Translations under genes and position numbers: made by a program
Notes under the pieces: model-generated
Told to the model about the DNA's origin: nothing
The model's input: the letters and a program-made list of their open reading frames with translations, nothing else
Database searches by the model: none
Shown: piece by piece, positions 27,888-36,508 of the stretch
Numbering within the stretch: the stretch's first letter is position 1
Layout of the letters: every line of letters starts with the position of its first letter
NCBI GenBank assembly: GCA_947167715.1
Contig: CAMVJD010000007.1
Span: 12,881 to 76,880 of the forward strand
Source: an uncultured Eubacteriaceae bacterium
Lineage (GTDB): Bacteria > Bacillota > Clostridia > Lachnospirales > CAG-274
DNA length: 64,000 nucleotides
Direction: 5' to 3'

Positions 27888-28757
27888 TCAATCATCCATT
27901 AAATTTTTCAGCTCGTCCTTGGAAAGCCTTTCCTCGCGGATATGGCGGCGTTTTGTCACCTTTACCTCGGACGGGTCAAGGAACATTACCTCTTTTTCGT
28001 TATTGCCCGTATCGACAGCGGCCTTTATTATCTGTCTTAAAACGCTTACGCTTAAAACCTCGCCGTCGCCGTAATCGGTATGGATAAGGTCGCCCTCGTG
28101 CGGAAGATTTTTATTCAAATATTCGTAGGTATCCTGCTCGTACTTAAGACAGCACATCAATCTGCCGCAGATACCGCTTATTTTTGTGGGATTGAGCGAA
28201 AGCCCCTGATCCTTTGCCATTTTTATGCTCACGGGCTGGAAATCGCCCAAAAACGTAGCACAGCAAAGCGAGCGGCCGCAAATACCAATGCCGTTTAACA
28301 TCTTGGCCTCGTCCCTTACGCCTATCTGCCTTAATTCTATCCTTGTTTTAAAAATAGCCGCAAGGTCCTTTACCAGGTCGCGGAAATCTATTCTTCCGTC
28401 CGCGGTAAAGAAGAAAATAATTTTATTCATATCAAAGGTCATTTCAACATCGGTGACCTTCATACCCAGATCGTGTCCGTCCGCGCATTTTTGGCAGGTC
28501 TCCTTTGCCTTTTTGGCCTTTTCCTTGTTTTCCTCGGCTATCTGCTTGTCCCTCTCGGTAGCGGGGCGGATTATTTTTTTTATGGGCGAGCCGAAGGACG
28601 AGGTGTCTACCTCACGGTTTTCAAGCTCTACCGTGCCATATTCGACCCCTCTTACGGTCTCGACAATAACACCGTCGCCGCTCTTAAGAGTGCTGCCCGC
28701 GGGGTCAAAATAATATATCTTGCCCGCCTTTTTAAATCTGACACCAATAACTATCAT
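27888..28757 (-). CDS. ricT: PSP1-domain protein (RicT/YaaT family)
   Basis: Cys-rich CGRSLCC...CGRLMCCLKYE PSP1 signature. It lies immediately downstream of holB, as in Bacillus. Confidence 0.85.
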   Translation of the reverse strand: MIVIGVRFKKAGKIYYFDPAGSTLKSGDGVIVETVRGVEYGTVELENREVDTSSFGSPIKKIIRPATERDKQIAEENKEKAKKAKETCQKCADGHDLGMKVTDVEMTFDMNKIIFFFTADGRIDFRDLVKDLAAIFKTRIELRQIGVRDEAKMLNGIGICGRSLCCATFLGDFQPVSIKMAKDQGLSLNPTKISGICGRLMCCLKYEQDTYEYLNKNLPHEGDLIHTDYGDGEVLSVSVLRQIIKAAVDTGNNEKEVMFLDPSEVKVTKRRHIREERLSKDELKNLMDD

Positions 28758-28773
28758 AGATCATAAACTCCTT

Positions 28774-29757
28774 TTATCTTTCTTTTATTGTATAATACAG
28801 CTGCTCCGCCGTATATTGCATATCCATTTTGGCCGCAAGGCGTTCGGATGCGTGTTCTACCGCATCACACGAGCGCATAAGCTGCCTTGCCGTAAATTTT
28901 TCACATATGCTTTGCATATCGGACAGGCGATAAGAATGTATAAGGTATCTTTCACTTCCCGTCAGCTTATAAATAAGTGCATCACGAAAAATATAGCCCA
29001 GCACACGCAGCACGGCGGGCACATCCTCTTTTTTATCCTTAAGCTCGCTTGTGCGCCTGTAAAGCTCCACAACATCCCAATTTTTAATATTAAGGCACAC
29101 ATCAAAGGCAAAGGCCGTTATCTCCGCAAACTTTTCGGAGCTTATAAGCTCCAATGCACGGCCTACGGCGCCGCATGCATAGTGCGAAAACATATCCGCC
29201 TCTCCCTCGGTGCAGCCCCGATCTATCAACAGGCTCTTTATTTGGCCCTGCGGCACGGGATGCATTTTAAACATAACACAGCGCGAAAGAATTGTGGGCA
29301 AAAGCGCGTTAAAATTTTGGGTAAGCAGCATAAATATCACATATCCCGGCGGCTCCTCCAAGGTTTTTAAAAAAGCGTTCTGCGCCGCAATATTCATTTT
29401 TTCCGCCTGTGAGATAATAAAAATTTTGTATTTATAGCTGTACGGCCTTGTAAGCACCTGCGGATTAATGCTGTCCCTTATTACATCCACCTTGATCACG
29501 CCCTTTTCGGGGGCTATATAAAAAATATCCGGGTTATTGTTGCCGTCAAAGCTGCGGCAGGAAAGACATTCGCCGCAGGCAGTTTCGCCGCCGCGCTCAC
29601 AATTAAGCGTTTTTGCAAAGGCCTTTGCTGCCATAGTCTTTCCCATGCCGCGCTCGCCGTCAAAAATATAGGCGTGGCTTAAGCGGTCATGCCTTACGGC
29701 AGTTTTAAGGCTTTTTATCAATATATCGTTATCTAAAATACCGTTGTAATCGTTCAC
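28774..29757 (-). CDS. holB: DNA polymerase III delta-prime subunit
   Basis: HAYIFDGERGMGK Walker-A-like motif, Zn module CGECLSC, and SRC motif ILSRC. The GTG start abuts the tmk stop. Confidence 0.9.
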   Translation of the reverse strand: MNDYNGILDNDILIKSLKTAVRHDRLSHAYIFDGERGMGKTMAAKAFAKTLNCERGGETACGECLSCRSFDGNNNPDIFYIAPEKGVIKVDVIRDSINPQVLTRPYSYKYKIFIISQAEKMNIAAQNAFLKTLEEPPGYVIFMLLTQNFNALLPTILSRCVMFKMHPVPQGQIKSLLIDRGCTEGEADMFSHYACGAVGRALELISSEKFAEITAFAFDVCLNIKNWDVVELYRRTSELKDKKEDVPAVLRVLGYIFRDALIYKLTGSERYLIHSYRLSDMQSICEKFTARQLMRSCDAVEHASERLAAKMDMQYTAEQLYYTIKER

Positions 29758-30396
29758 TTATATCCCTTTTTCCTTAAAAAGACGTTCTATTGCGCCTACT
29801 ATCTCCGCGTGGATATCCTCTACGCTTTTAAGCGCATCAATAACGTGAATACGCTTTTTATTGCGGCGCGCAAGCTGCATATAGCCGCTGTACACCATGG
29901 TATGAAACTTGTCATCCTCGCTTTCCATTCTGTCCAGCTCGTGCTTGTCCTGGTTTTTCTTGCGGTTTATGCCGTCCTGCGGTTTAAGCCTTAAAAAGAA
30001 GGTCATATCGGGCTCCAGACCGTCAACGGCATAGCGGTTTATGTCCTTTACCGTCTTTATGCCAAGGCCCCTTGCATAGCCCTGATAAACAAGGCTGGAG
30101 TCCAAAAATCTGTCGCTTATAACTATGCCGCCGTCGTTAAGTATCGGCATAATGTCGTTTGAAACGTGCTGCGCCCTTGCCGCGGCATACAAAAGCGCCT
30201 CGGTAACGGCGGTCATTCCCGTATTTTCCTTGTCAATTATTATTTCGCGTATTTTTTCGCTTATGGGGTTGCCGCCAGGCTCGCGCGTGCAGACAACATA
30301 AAATCCCTTATCCTTTAAATATTTTTCCAATAGCTTTATCTGGGTGGTCTTTCCCGACCCGTCCGTACCCTCTATTGAAATAAAAAGTCCCGACAT
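29758..30396 (-). CDS. tmk: Thymidylate kinase
   Basis: FISIEGTDGSGKTTQ, plus DRF..S..YQG. Confidence 0.95.
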   Translation of the reverse strand: MSGLFISIEGTDGSGKTTQIKLLEKYLKDKGFYVVCTREPGGNPISEKIREIIIDKENTGMTAVTEALLYAAARAQHVSNDIMPILNDGGIVISDRFLDSSLVYQGYARGLGIKTVKDINRYAVDGLEPDMTFFLRLKPQDGINRKKNQDKHELDRMESEDDKFHTMVYSGYMQLARRNKKRIHVIDALKSVEDIHAEIVGAIERLFKEKGI

Positions 30397-30399
30397 AGA

Positions 30400-31023
30400 C
30401 TAATCTCCTTCCTCGTCCGTTTTTCTTGCGTCAAGCACCGTTTTGGCGGTATTGTGATCAAATCCGCGCCTTAAAAGAAAATCAAGGTGTTTTTTATATT
30501 CCTTCATATCGGAAATTTTGCCCTTGACGCGCTTTTCTATCAGTTTTTTTGCCTTTTCAAGCATAATATCATCCGTATTTTCAAGGTATTTCTCCGCCCT
30601 GCCGCGGTCTATGCCCCTTACGGCAAGCTCGGTCAAAATGCGCTGTTTTCCCCAGCCCTTTAAATTAAGACAATCCTTTACAAAAAGCTCGGCGTATTTT
30701 TCGTCATCCACAATTTTGTATTTTTTAAGCATGACCATAACACGGTCGATTATATCGGGCGAATACTCACCCTCCAGCTTTTTTCTTACCTCTTTTTCGG
30801 TGCGCTGCTTATAATCTATATATTTAAGCGCCGTTTCCCTTGCCTTTATAAATACAAGCTGTTCAAGTATCTCGTCATAGCGTGCACGGGACAGCTCCTC
30901 GCCCTCCTTTAGCTTGTAATACAAAAGGTCTACCCCGTCAATGCCAAAGGCAAACTCGTTATCTATAAAAACATTGTAACGGTTTGCGCGCTTTTTTTGC
31001 TGTGTTATTGCAGTTATTTTCAT
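30400..31023 (-). CDS. recX: RecA regulator RecX
   Basis: Three-helix repeat pattern (Y...RTEKEVRKKL, ...) typical of RecX. The start was moved to ATG 31023 (GGGAAG RBS); the ORF track starts at 31062. Confidence 0.75.
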   Translation of the reverse strand: MKITAITQQKKRANRYNVFIDNEFAFGIDGVDLLYYKLKEGEELSRARYDEILEQLVFIKARETALKYIDYKQRTEKEVRKKLEGEYSPDIIDRVMVMLKKYKIVDDEKYAELFVKDCLNLKGWGKQRILTELAVRGIDRGRAEKYLENTDDIMLEKAKKLIEKRVKGKISDMKEYKKHLDFLLRRGFDHNTAKTVLDARKTDEEGD

Positions 31024-31139
31024 AAACGGCACTTCCCTGTCCTGTTTTTTTGCAAAGTCCATACCTATTCATTATGATTATACCAAAAAACCAAAGAAAT
31101 CTCAATAATTATTTTTTCTTTGAATAAAATAGAAATCAA

Positions 31140-31397
31140 ATATGCTTGCGGTATGTTATTTTTTTCGGCAAGCAGAATCAATAAAATACGCTTGCGGTAT
31201 GTTATTTTTTTCGGCAAGCCCCGCAAATAATTTCGGCTTACGGCGGATGTCAAGCATACGCCGACACCGAAAAACATTTGCGTTTTTGCCGAACAGGGTA
31301 ACCTTATGCGTTTCGTTTGTTATAATGCTATATACAGCACCGTGTCTTTTTTATTTGCACTATAAAAAAACATATCGCAGGCAATAACTTTCGCGGC
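31140..31397. repeat. Dispersed MITE/REP-like element, copy B (left half only, with a 46-bp-period duplication of its end)
   Basis: GCTTGCGGTATGTTATTTTTTTCGGCAAGC occurs twice (31144-31173, 31190-31219). Collinear blocks shared with copy A follow: GGCAAGCCCCGCAAATAATTTC, CCGAAAAACATTTGCGT, TTATTTGCACTATAA, CTTTCGCGGCAAAAAC. Confidence 0.75.
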
Positions 31398-31434
31398 AAA
31401 AACAGATGAAGTCAAATTATTTTTTTCAAACTGC

Positions 31435-31463
31435 TTGATAAATCATTTAAGTTATGATATACT
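31435..31463 (+). promoter_or_regulatory. sigma-A promoter of the HprK-like/PqqD/peptidase operon
   Basis: TTGATA (31435-31440), 17-nt spacer, TATACT (31458-31463). An AAGAGG RBS precedes the ATG at 31495. Confidence 0.55.
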
Positions 31464-31494
31464 AACTAATATAGTATTTTTTAAGAGGTAACAG

Positions 31495-32202
31495 ATGAAA
31501 AAATTAAAAGTAGCAGATATAAACGTACTTATCAGATACACTCACCCCACGCTTGTAAAGCAGGCCGAGGCGTATTTGAGCGATTTTGATAAGGAAGACA
31601 TAGTAATAGACATACCTGAAAGCACATTGGAGCGCTTGCAGCAGGAAAACCCGCACCTGTCTGTTGACGATGTGGAATATATTTTTACGGGCGCGGCATT
31701 TTACGAAAATATACTCAATTATAACGGCTTTTTGCTCCATTCCTCGGGCGTTTGCGTAAACGGCTGGGCTTATCTTTTCTCGGCGGATTCGGGCACGGGA
31801 AAATCCACGCACACGGGGCTTTGGCAAAAGTATCTGGGCGAGGATACCGCAAAAATAATAAACGACGACAAGCCCGCAATACGCATTGTTGACGGCAAAA
31901 ACTATGTTTACGGCACCCCTTGGAGCGGCAAGACCGATATGAACCTGAATATGCGTATGCCGCTTGGCGGAATAGTTTTTCTTGAGCGTTCAACGGAAAA
32001 CTTTATTCACCCCATAACCACGCAGGAGGCCATACCAAAGCTTTTCCAACAGACCCTGCGGCCGCACGAGGCATCGCAGATGAACAAGCTGCTGGATGTG
32101 CTTGACAAGGTTTTAAGCGAAACACCCATTTACCGCCTGGGCTGTGATATGAGCAGGGAAGCGGTAGAATTAAGCTTTAATACAATAAGAAGGGATAAAT
32201 AA
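31495..32202 (+). CDS. HPr-kinase-C-terminal-domain-like P-loop protein (RiPP/lasso-precursor-kinase-like)
   Basis: LHSSGV..NGWAYLFSADSGTGKSTHTGLW...INDDKP is a P-loop followed by a DD motif, as in the HprK catalytic domain and HprK-related kinases. 235 aa, with no N-terminal HprK domain. Confidence 0.65.
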   Translation: MKKLKVADINVLIRYTHPTLVKQAEAYLSDFDKEDIVIDIPESTLERLQQENPHLSVDDVEYIFTGAAFYENILNYNGFLLHSSGVCVNGWAYLFSADSGTGKSTHTGLWQKYLGEDTAKIINDDKPAIRIVDGKNYVYGTPWSGKTDMNLNMRMPLGGIVFLERSTENFIHPITTQEAIPKLFQQTLRPHEASQMNKLLDVLDKVLSETPIYRLGCDMSREAVELSFNTIRRDK

Positions 32203-32204
32203 TT

Positions 32205-32471
32205 ATGAAAATTAAAGAAGGTTTTTTATTAAGAACAGTTGCAGGCAGCAATATTGTAGTGCCTATCGGCGAAGGAAGCATTGATTTCAGCGGCGTAATA
32301 ACCCTTAACGAGGTTGGCGCCTTTTTATGGAAAATACTTGAACAGCCCGCAGATAAGGCGGCGCTGCTTGAAAAACTTACCGCAGAATACGATGTTGATG
32401 CCAACACAGCTTCGCAGGATATAGATGCATTTTTAGCAAAATTAAGGGAGGCAAACCTTTTAGATGATTAA
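32205..32471 (+). CDS. PqqD-family protein (RiPP recognition element-like)
   Basis: 88 aa. LRTVAGSNIVVPIG....F.GVITLNEVGAFLWKILEQ...LL.KL..EYDVD...A..DIDAFL.KL is the typical PqqD/RRE pattern. It starts 2 nt after the upstream gene. Confidence 0.8.
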   Translation: MKIKEGFLLRTVAGSNIVVPIGEGSIDFSGVITLNEVGAFLWKILEQPADKAALLEKLTAEYDVDANTASQDIDAFLAKLREANLLDD

Positions 32472-32934
32472 GGAGGTACGTCTTGCCGAGCTGTATCCGG
32501 TAATGAAAGAGATGCTTGACAGCGGCGGCACGGCAAATTTTAACCCGCACGGCACAAGCATGCTGCCAATGCTGCACGACGACGGCGACCGCGTTATATT
32601 AAAAAAGCCCCGGGGCGAGCTTAAAAAATACGACCTGCCGCTTTACCGCAGGACGGACGGCGCCTTTGTGCTGCACCGCGTTGTAAGGCGCCCCGAAAAC
32701 GGCGTGTATACAATGTGCGGCGACAATCAATGGGCGCTTGAAAAAGGCATAAAGCACAGCCAAATAATAGGCGTGGTCATTGAGTTTGAAAGAAAAGGCA
32801 AAAAAATAAGCACCGAAAACAAGCTGTATAAGCTGTACGCAAGGGTATGGGTGGCAATTATGCCATTAAGACACCTTGTAATAGGCGGCAGCAGAAAAGT
32901 GAAAAGCCTGATAAAAAAAATACTGCATATATAA
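32464..32934 (+). CDS. S24/S26-type serine peptidase, SipW/ER-type-like (Ser-His), without an N-terminal TM anchor
   Basis: The GTSMLPML nucleophile motif, GDRVILKK and FVLHRVV resemble the SGSMxP...THRIV boxes of SipW-type signal peptidases. An 8-nt overlap (ATGATTAA) links it to the PqqD gene. Confidence 0.65.
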   Translation: MIKEVRLAELYPVMKEMLDSGGTANFNPHGTSMLPMLHDDGDRVILKKPRGELKKYDLPLYRRTDGAFVLHRVVRRPENGVYTMCGDNQWALEKGIKHSQIIGVVIEFERKGKKISTENKLYKLYARVWVAIMPLRHLVIGGSRKVKSLIKKILHI

Positions 32935-32940
32935 AAAATC

Positions 32941-32967
32941 GAGGCCGGAGCATTAAGCTCCGGCCTC
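32941..32967. terminator. Bidirectional terminator (operon on +, tRNA-Arg on -)
   Basis: GAGGCCGGAG-CATTA-AGCTCCGGCCTC. An A6 run on the plus side gives the minus-strand transcript a T-run. Confidence 0.75.
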
Positions 32968-32972
32968 TTCTA

Positions 32973-33044
32973 TACGCCCTGGGGGAATCGAACCCCTATC
33001 TTCCGATCCGGAGTCGAATGCTCTATCCATTAAGCTAAGGGCGC
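32973..33044 (-). tRNA. tRNA-Arg (anticodon CCG)
   Basis: Hand fold: acceptor GCGCCCT/AGGGCGT (with G1-U72), D arm GCTT..GAGC, anticodon stem TTCGA/TCGGA with loop CTCCGGA, T arm AGGGG-TTCGATT-CCCCC (A49/C65 mismatch), discriminator A. Confidence 0.75.
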
Positions 33045-33056
33045 ACAACAAGCCGA

Positions 33057-33989
33057 TTATCGGCTTTCTTTTGTATAATTAACAATATAAATACCCGCGC
33101 ATACGCACGCCAGCGCCGCGACAAGCCTTATATTAAGGAAATCCTCGCCGAGGAATATACCCGACAGGATGACCCCGAAAATAGGGTTTAAAAAACCGAA
33201 AAGAGAGATCTTGCCTACGGGGTTATACTTTATAAGCTTTGCCCAAAGTGTGAAAGCAAGTGCGGAAAGCACAGCAAGATAGGCCATACTGAAAATACAG
33301 TCCATGCCGTAGACCGCTATTTTGCCGCCAAAGGCAAGACCCGTTACCAAAAGCAGCAGGCCGCCAAGCGCAAGCTGAAAGCCCGTTAAGACCGCAGGCT
33401 CCGTGCCCTGTGCAAACACCTTTGTTATAACACCGCCCGTAGCAAAGCAAAAGGCCGCAAGCAGCATAAAGCCCTCGCCCATAAGCGAAAAGCCCATATC
33501 TATACCGCTGCCGAGATTGCAGATAACAATACCCGCAAAGCCCAGCACACAGCCCACTACCTTTGTAAGCGTCATTTTGTCATTTTTAAGAAAGATCGCC
33601 GCAAGAATGACCGCAAAAAAATTGCCCATAGAGTTGATGATAGACCCTTTTACGCCGGACAGATTTGTAAGGCTGATATAAAAGAAAATATATTCAAGCC
33701 AGGTCTGGACAAGGCCGAGCAAAACTATACCGCGTATATCCTTTTTTTGCGGCAAAATAAGGCGCCTGTTTGAAAAACAGTTGTACGCCGTTACCAGCAG
33801 CCCCGCCAGAATAAAGCGCACACCCGCAAACACCAGCTTATCCGCCGCAGTCCCGTCGGTTATGCGAAAAACACGGTATCCTATTTTTATTGCGGGAAAC
33901 GCGCTGCCCCAAAGAGCATTTGCTATGACCGCTATTAAAAGTATGGTCGAGCGCCTTGTATAAAAGGACGCTTCTTGCTTTTTATCCAT
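33057..33989 (-). CDS. DMT-superfamily (EamA-like) transporter
   Basis: 310 aa, about 10 TM helices, with a duplicated EamA-type pattern (ALWGSAFPAIK...). Confidence 0.8.
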   Translation of the reverse strand: MDKKQEASFYTRRSTILLIAVIANALWGSAFPAIKIGYRVFRITDGTAADKLVFAGVRFILAGLLVTAYNCFSNRRLILPQKKDIRGIVLLGLVQTWLEYIFFYISLTNLSGVKGSIINSMGNFFAVILAAIFLKNDKMTLTKVVGCVLGFAGIVICNLGSGIDMGFSLMGEGFMLLAAFCFATGGVITKVFAQGTEPAVLTGFQLALGGLLLLVTGLAFGGKIAVYGMDCIFSMAYLAVLSALAFTLWAKLIKYNPVGKISLFGFLNPIFGVILSGIFLGEDFLNIRLVAALACVCAGIYIVNYTKESR

Positions 33990-34053
33990 AATAAAACCTC
34001 ACAATGACTTAAACATTATAACATTTATTAACTTGATTTGCAAGGTTTTTTGC

Positions 34054-34088
34054 AAAAAAAGAGTGTATCCGAAGATACACCCTTTTAT
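34054..34088 (-). terminator. Intrinsic terminator of the SLH surface-protein gene
   Basis: The minus strand reads GGGTGTATC-TTCG-GATACACTC followed by TTTTTTT. Confidence 0.75.
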
Positions 34089-34159
34089 ATTATCGTGGCT
34101 CATAAATAATCAGCCTTAAGCGAGCTTAAGTCCGATTATTTAATTCGCTTACTATAAAA

Positions 34160-36316
34160 TTATTTAGCTTCTTCAGCCTTAGCCTCAGCCGCTGCCTTTT
34201 CAGCCTCGTCTTCAGCTATTTCTTCAGCCGACTTTGTGTTGAGTGCCTCTGTGTAAGCAGCATCTTCGTAAGCTGTGTCCTCATAAGCGGGAACCTCTTC
34301 GCCAACCTCGATGCCCTCAACAGCCTCTTCAACTGCTTCAGCCTTAACTGCGGATGTTGCGTTAACTACGTTAAACATAATAACTGCAACCTCTGCTCTT
34401 GTAATGTTTACGTTAGGATTGATCTTGCCGTTTGAACCGTTTACAATACCGTTCTCAACAAGGAATGCAACGTAAGGTCTTGCCCATACGGGGATGTCAG
34501 CCTCATCGGAGAACTGTGCAAGCACAGACTCGTCAGCTGTGATATCCATACCAAGTACCTTAAGTGCGTTTGCAACCATAACCATAAGCTCTGCGCGTGT
34601 GCAGAACTTCTCGGGACCGAAGTTGCCATCGCCGTAACCGTTTACAAGGCCTGCTTCCTTTGCAAGACCAACATAGTTGTAGTAGTACTTGTCGGGGAAT
34701 ACATCATCAAAGTTAGATGTTGCCGTGCCCTCAAGGCCTACAAGCTTTGCAAGCATAATAGCAAAGTCTGCTCTCTTGCAGCTTGCCTGCGGAGCAAATT
34801 CGCCGTCGCTTACGCCGTTAAGGATACCCATCTCGGCAAGAGCCTCGATAGCTTCTTCAGCCCAAGGTGTGCTTGAAAGGTCATTGAAAAGACCGGAAAC
34901 CTCAACAACTGTTTCTGTAGTTGCCTCTGTCTCTTCTGTTGCAGCCTCTGTTGAATCCTCAACATCAGCTGTTGTAGCTTCGGTATCTGCCTCTGTTGTG
35001 GTGGTCTTTGTACTTCTTCTTACAGTACCGCCGCCGCCACCGCCGCCGCCGCTTGATGCAGCTGACGATGAAGAACCGCCGCCTCTTGCAGCCTCTGTGG
35101 TAGTCTCGGTAGGAGCAGCTTTAGTTACATTTGAAGCACTATTTGTTGTAGCTTCTGTTGTAGCTTCCGTAACGCTGCTTGTTGTAGCCTCTGTAACCTT
35201 TTCGGTAACCTTCTGTGTAGCATCTTCCGGAGCTGCTTCCTTTGTAGTTGCTTCCTTTGTAGTTGCTTCCTTTGTGATCACAACTGTTGTAACTTCCTTT
35301 GTTGTAGCCTCGGTAGGCTTTTCTGTTGTAGGAGCAGTTGTTGTGGGAGCTGTTGTAGTAGGAGCCTTTGTTGTGGGCGCCGTTGTTGTAGGAGCTGTTG
35401 TAGTAGCCTCTGTTGTAGCTTCCTTTGTTGTAGGAGCTGTTGTAGCCTCTGTTGTAGCTTCCTTTGTAGTAGCCTCTGTTGTAGCTTCTGTTGTTACTTC
35501 TGCTGCACCTACAGCTATCTTATTGGGATAGTTTTCTGTAGGAATATCCGTTTTACCTGAAATAGGCGGATAACCAAACTTAACTACTTCAATAGATAAG
35601 CCTGCATCACCCTCACCGATAACATCAAATGTTAACGAGAAAAGCTTGCCGTCGCCTTCTACAGCCTTAATGTAGTTGTTTGAATCAACGTAAGTAGAAT
35701 CGGGCATACCTGCGATCATTATCTTACCAAGCTGACCTGCTGTTGCTGTGCCGTCAGGCTTAACATCAGCATACTTGTCGGAATCAGCTGCAGGAACATA
35801 AGCGATCTGACCGTTGATCATCTTGTTTGTAAAGAATGCCTTTTTGACCATTTCGCCCTCGTCATTCTCTACTTCATAATAGATATAGCCTTTGCTTGCC
35901 AGTTCGGATGCCTTTGCAACATTGCCGGCCTTTGCCTGGATAACCGCAGGATTATAGCGTACATAGAATGTAGCTGATGAAAATCCCGGATTCTGTAAAA
36001 GGCTAAAATCAATGTTTACTGTGCTGCCGATAAGTGCGGGGTCGATAGTTTCAACGCCCGTGTCGGTTTCACCCTCAAGTGAAGCCTTGATGTACATTTT
36101 TCCTTCTTCCATATTGAAAGGTTCTGTATCATCATAAACCGCAATATCTTCCGAATAGCTAACTGCCGCAGGTGTTTCCGTAACATCGGTCACAGCTGCT
36201 TCAGCAACAACATCGGCCTCTTCGGCACTTACAAGCACATTGCTTGTAAGGATGCTTGAAAACAGCATACTTGTTGCAATAATACTGCTTACAAGCCTTT
36301 TAGTTGTTTTTTTCAC
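34160..36316 (-). CDS. Cell-surface protein: signal peptide, cohesin-like beta-sandwich (tentative), Thr-rich linkers, three SLH domains, acidic/Ala-rich tail
   Basis: A GTG start at 36316 follows AAGGAGGA (the ORF track uses TTG 36346). The SLH triplet is FNDLSSTPWAEEAIEALAEMGILNG, FDDVFPDKYYYNYVGLAKEAGLVNG, FSDEADIPVWARPYVAFLVENGIVNG. The linker is (EATTK)n plus a G8 run. Confidence 0.8.
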   Translation of the reverse strand: MKKTTKRLVSSIIATSMLFSSILTSNVLVSAEEADVVAEAAVTDVTETPAAVSYSEDIAVYDDTEPFNMEEGKMYIKASLEGETDTGVETIDPALIGSTVNIDFSLLQNPGFSSATFYVRYNPAVIQAKAGNVAKASELASKGYIYYEVENDEGEMVKKAFFTNKMINGQIAYVPAADSDKYADVKPDGTATAGQLGKIMIAGMPDSTYVDSNNYIKAVEGDGKLFSLTFDVIGEGDAGLSIEVVKFGYPPISGKTDIPTENYPNKIAVGAAEVTTEATTEATTKEATTEATTAPTTKEATTEATTTAPTTTAPTTKAPTTTAPTTTAPTTEKPTEATTKEVTTVVITKEATTKEATTKEAAPEDATQKVTEKVTEATTSSVTEATTEATTNSASNVTKAAPTETTTEAARGGGSSSSAASSGGGGGGGGTVRRSTKTTTTEADTEATTADVEDSTEAATEETEATTETVVEVSGLFNDLSSTPWAEEAIEALAEMGILNGVSDGEFAPQASCKRADFAIMLAKLVGLEGTATSNFDDVFPDKYYYNYVGLAKEAGLVNGYGDGNFGPEKFCTRAELMVMVANALKVLGMDITADESVLAQFSDEADIPVWARPYVAFLVENGIVNGSNGKINPNVNITRAEVAVIMFNVVNATSAVKAEAVEEAVEGIEVGEEVPAYEDTAYEDAAYTEALNTKSAEEIAEDEAEKAAAEAKAEEAK

Positions 36317-36508
36317 TTTACTTCCTCCTTTTTTGTTTTTTAGCAATGTCCGTTGTAAAACGTGCGTTTTGTCCCGTTGACACTACTTCAATATGATTAT
36401 ATAATTTTTCTTTAAAAAAGTCAATTTATTTTGTAAAATTTCTTAAATTTGTTGATTTTACCAAAACTCCGCAAGAAAAATTCACAAAAACAGCATGACT
36501 TTTAAAGA

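Noticed and set aside
34689-35531. 280-aa + strand ORF rich in V/S/A
   Set aside because: It is the reverse-frame reading of the Thr-rich linker repeats of the SLH surface-protein gene.
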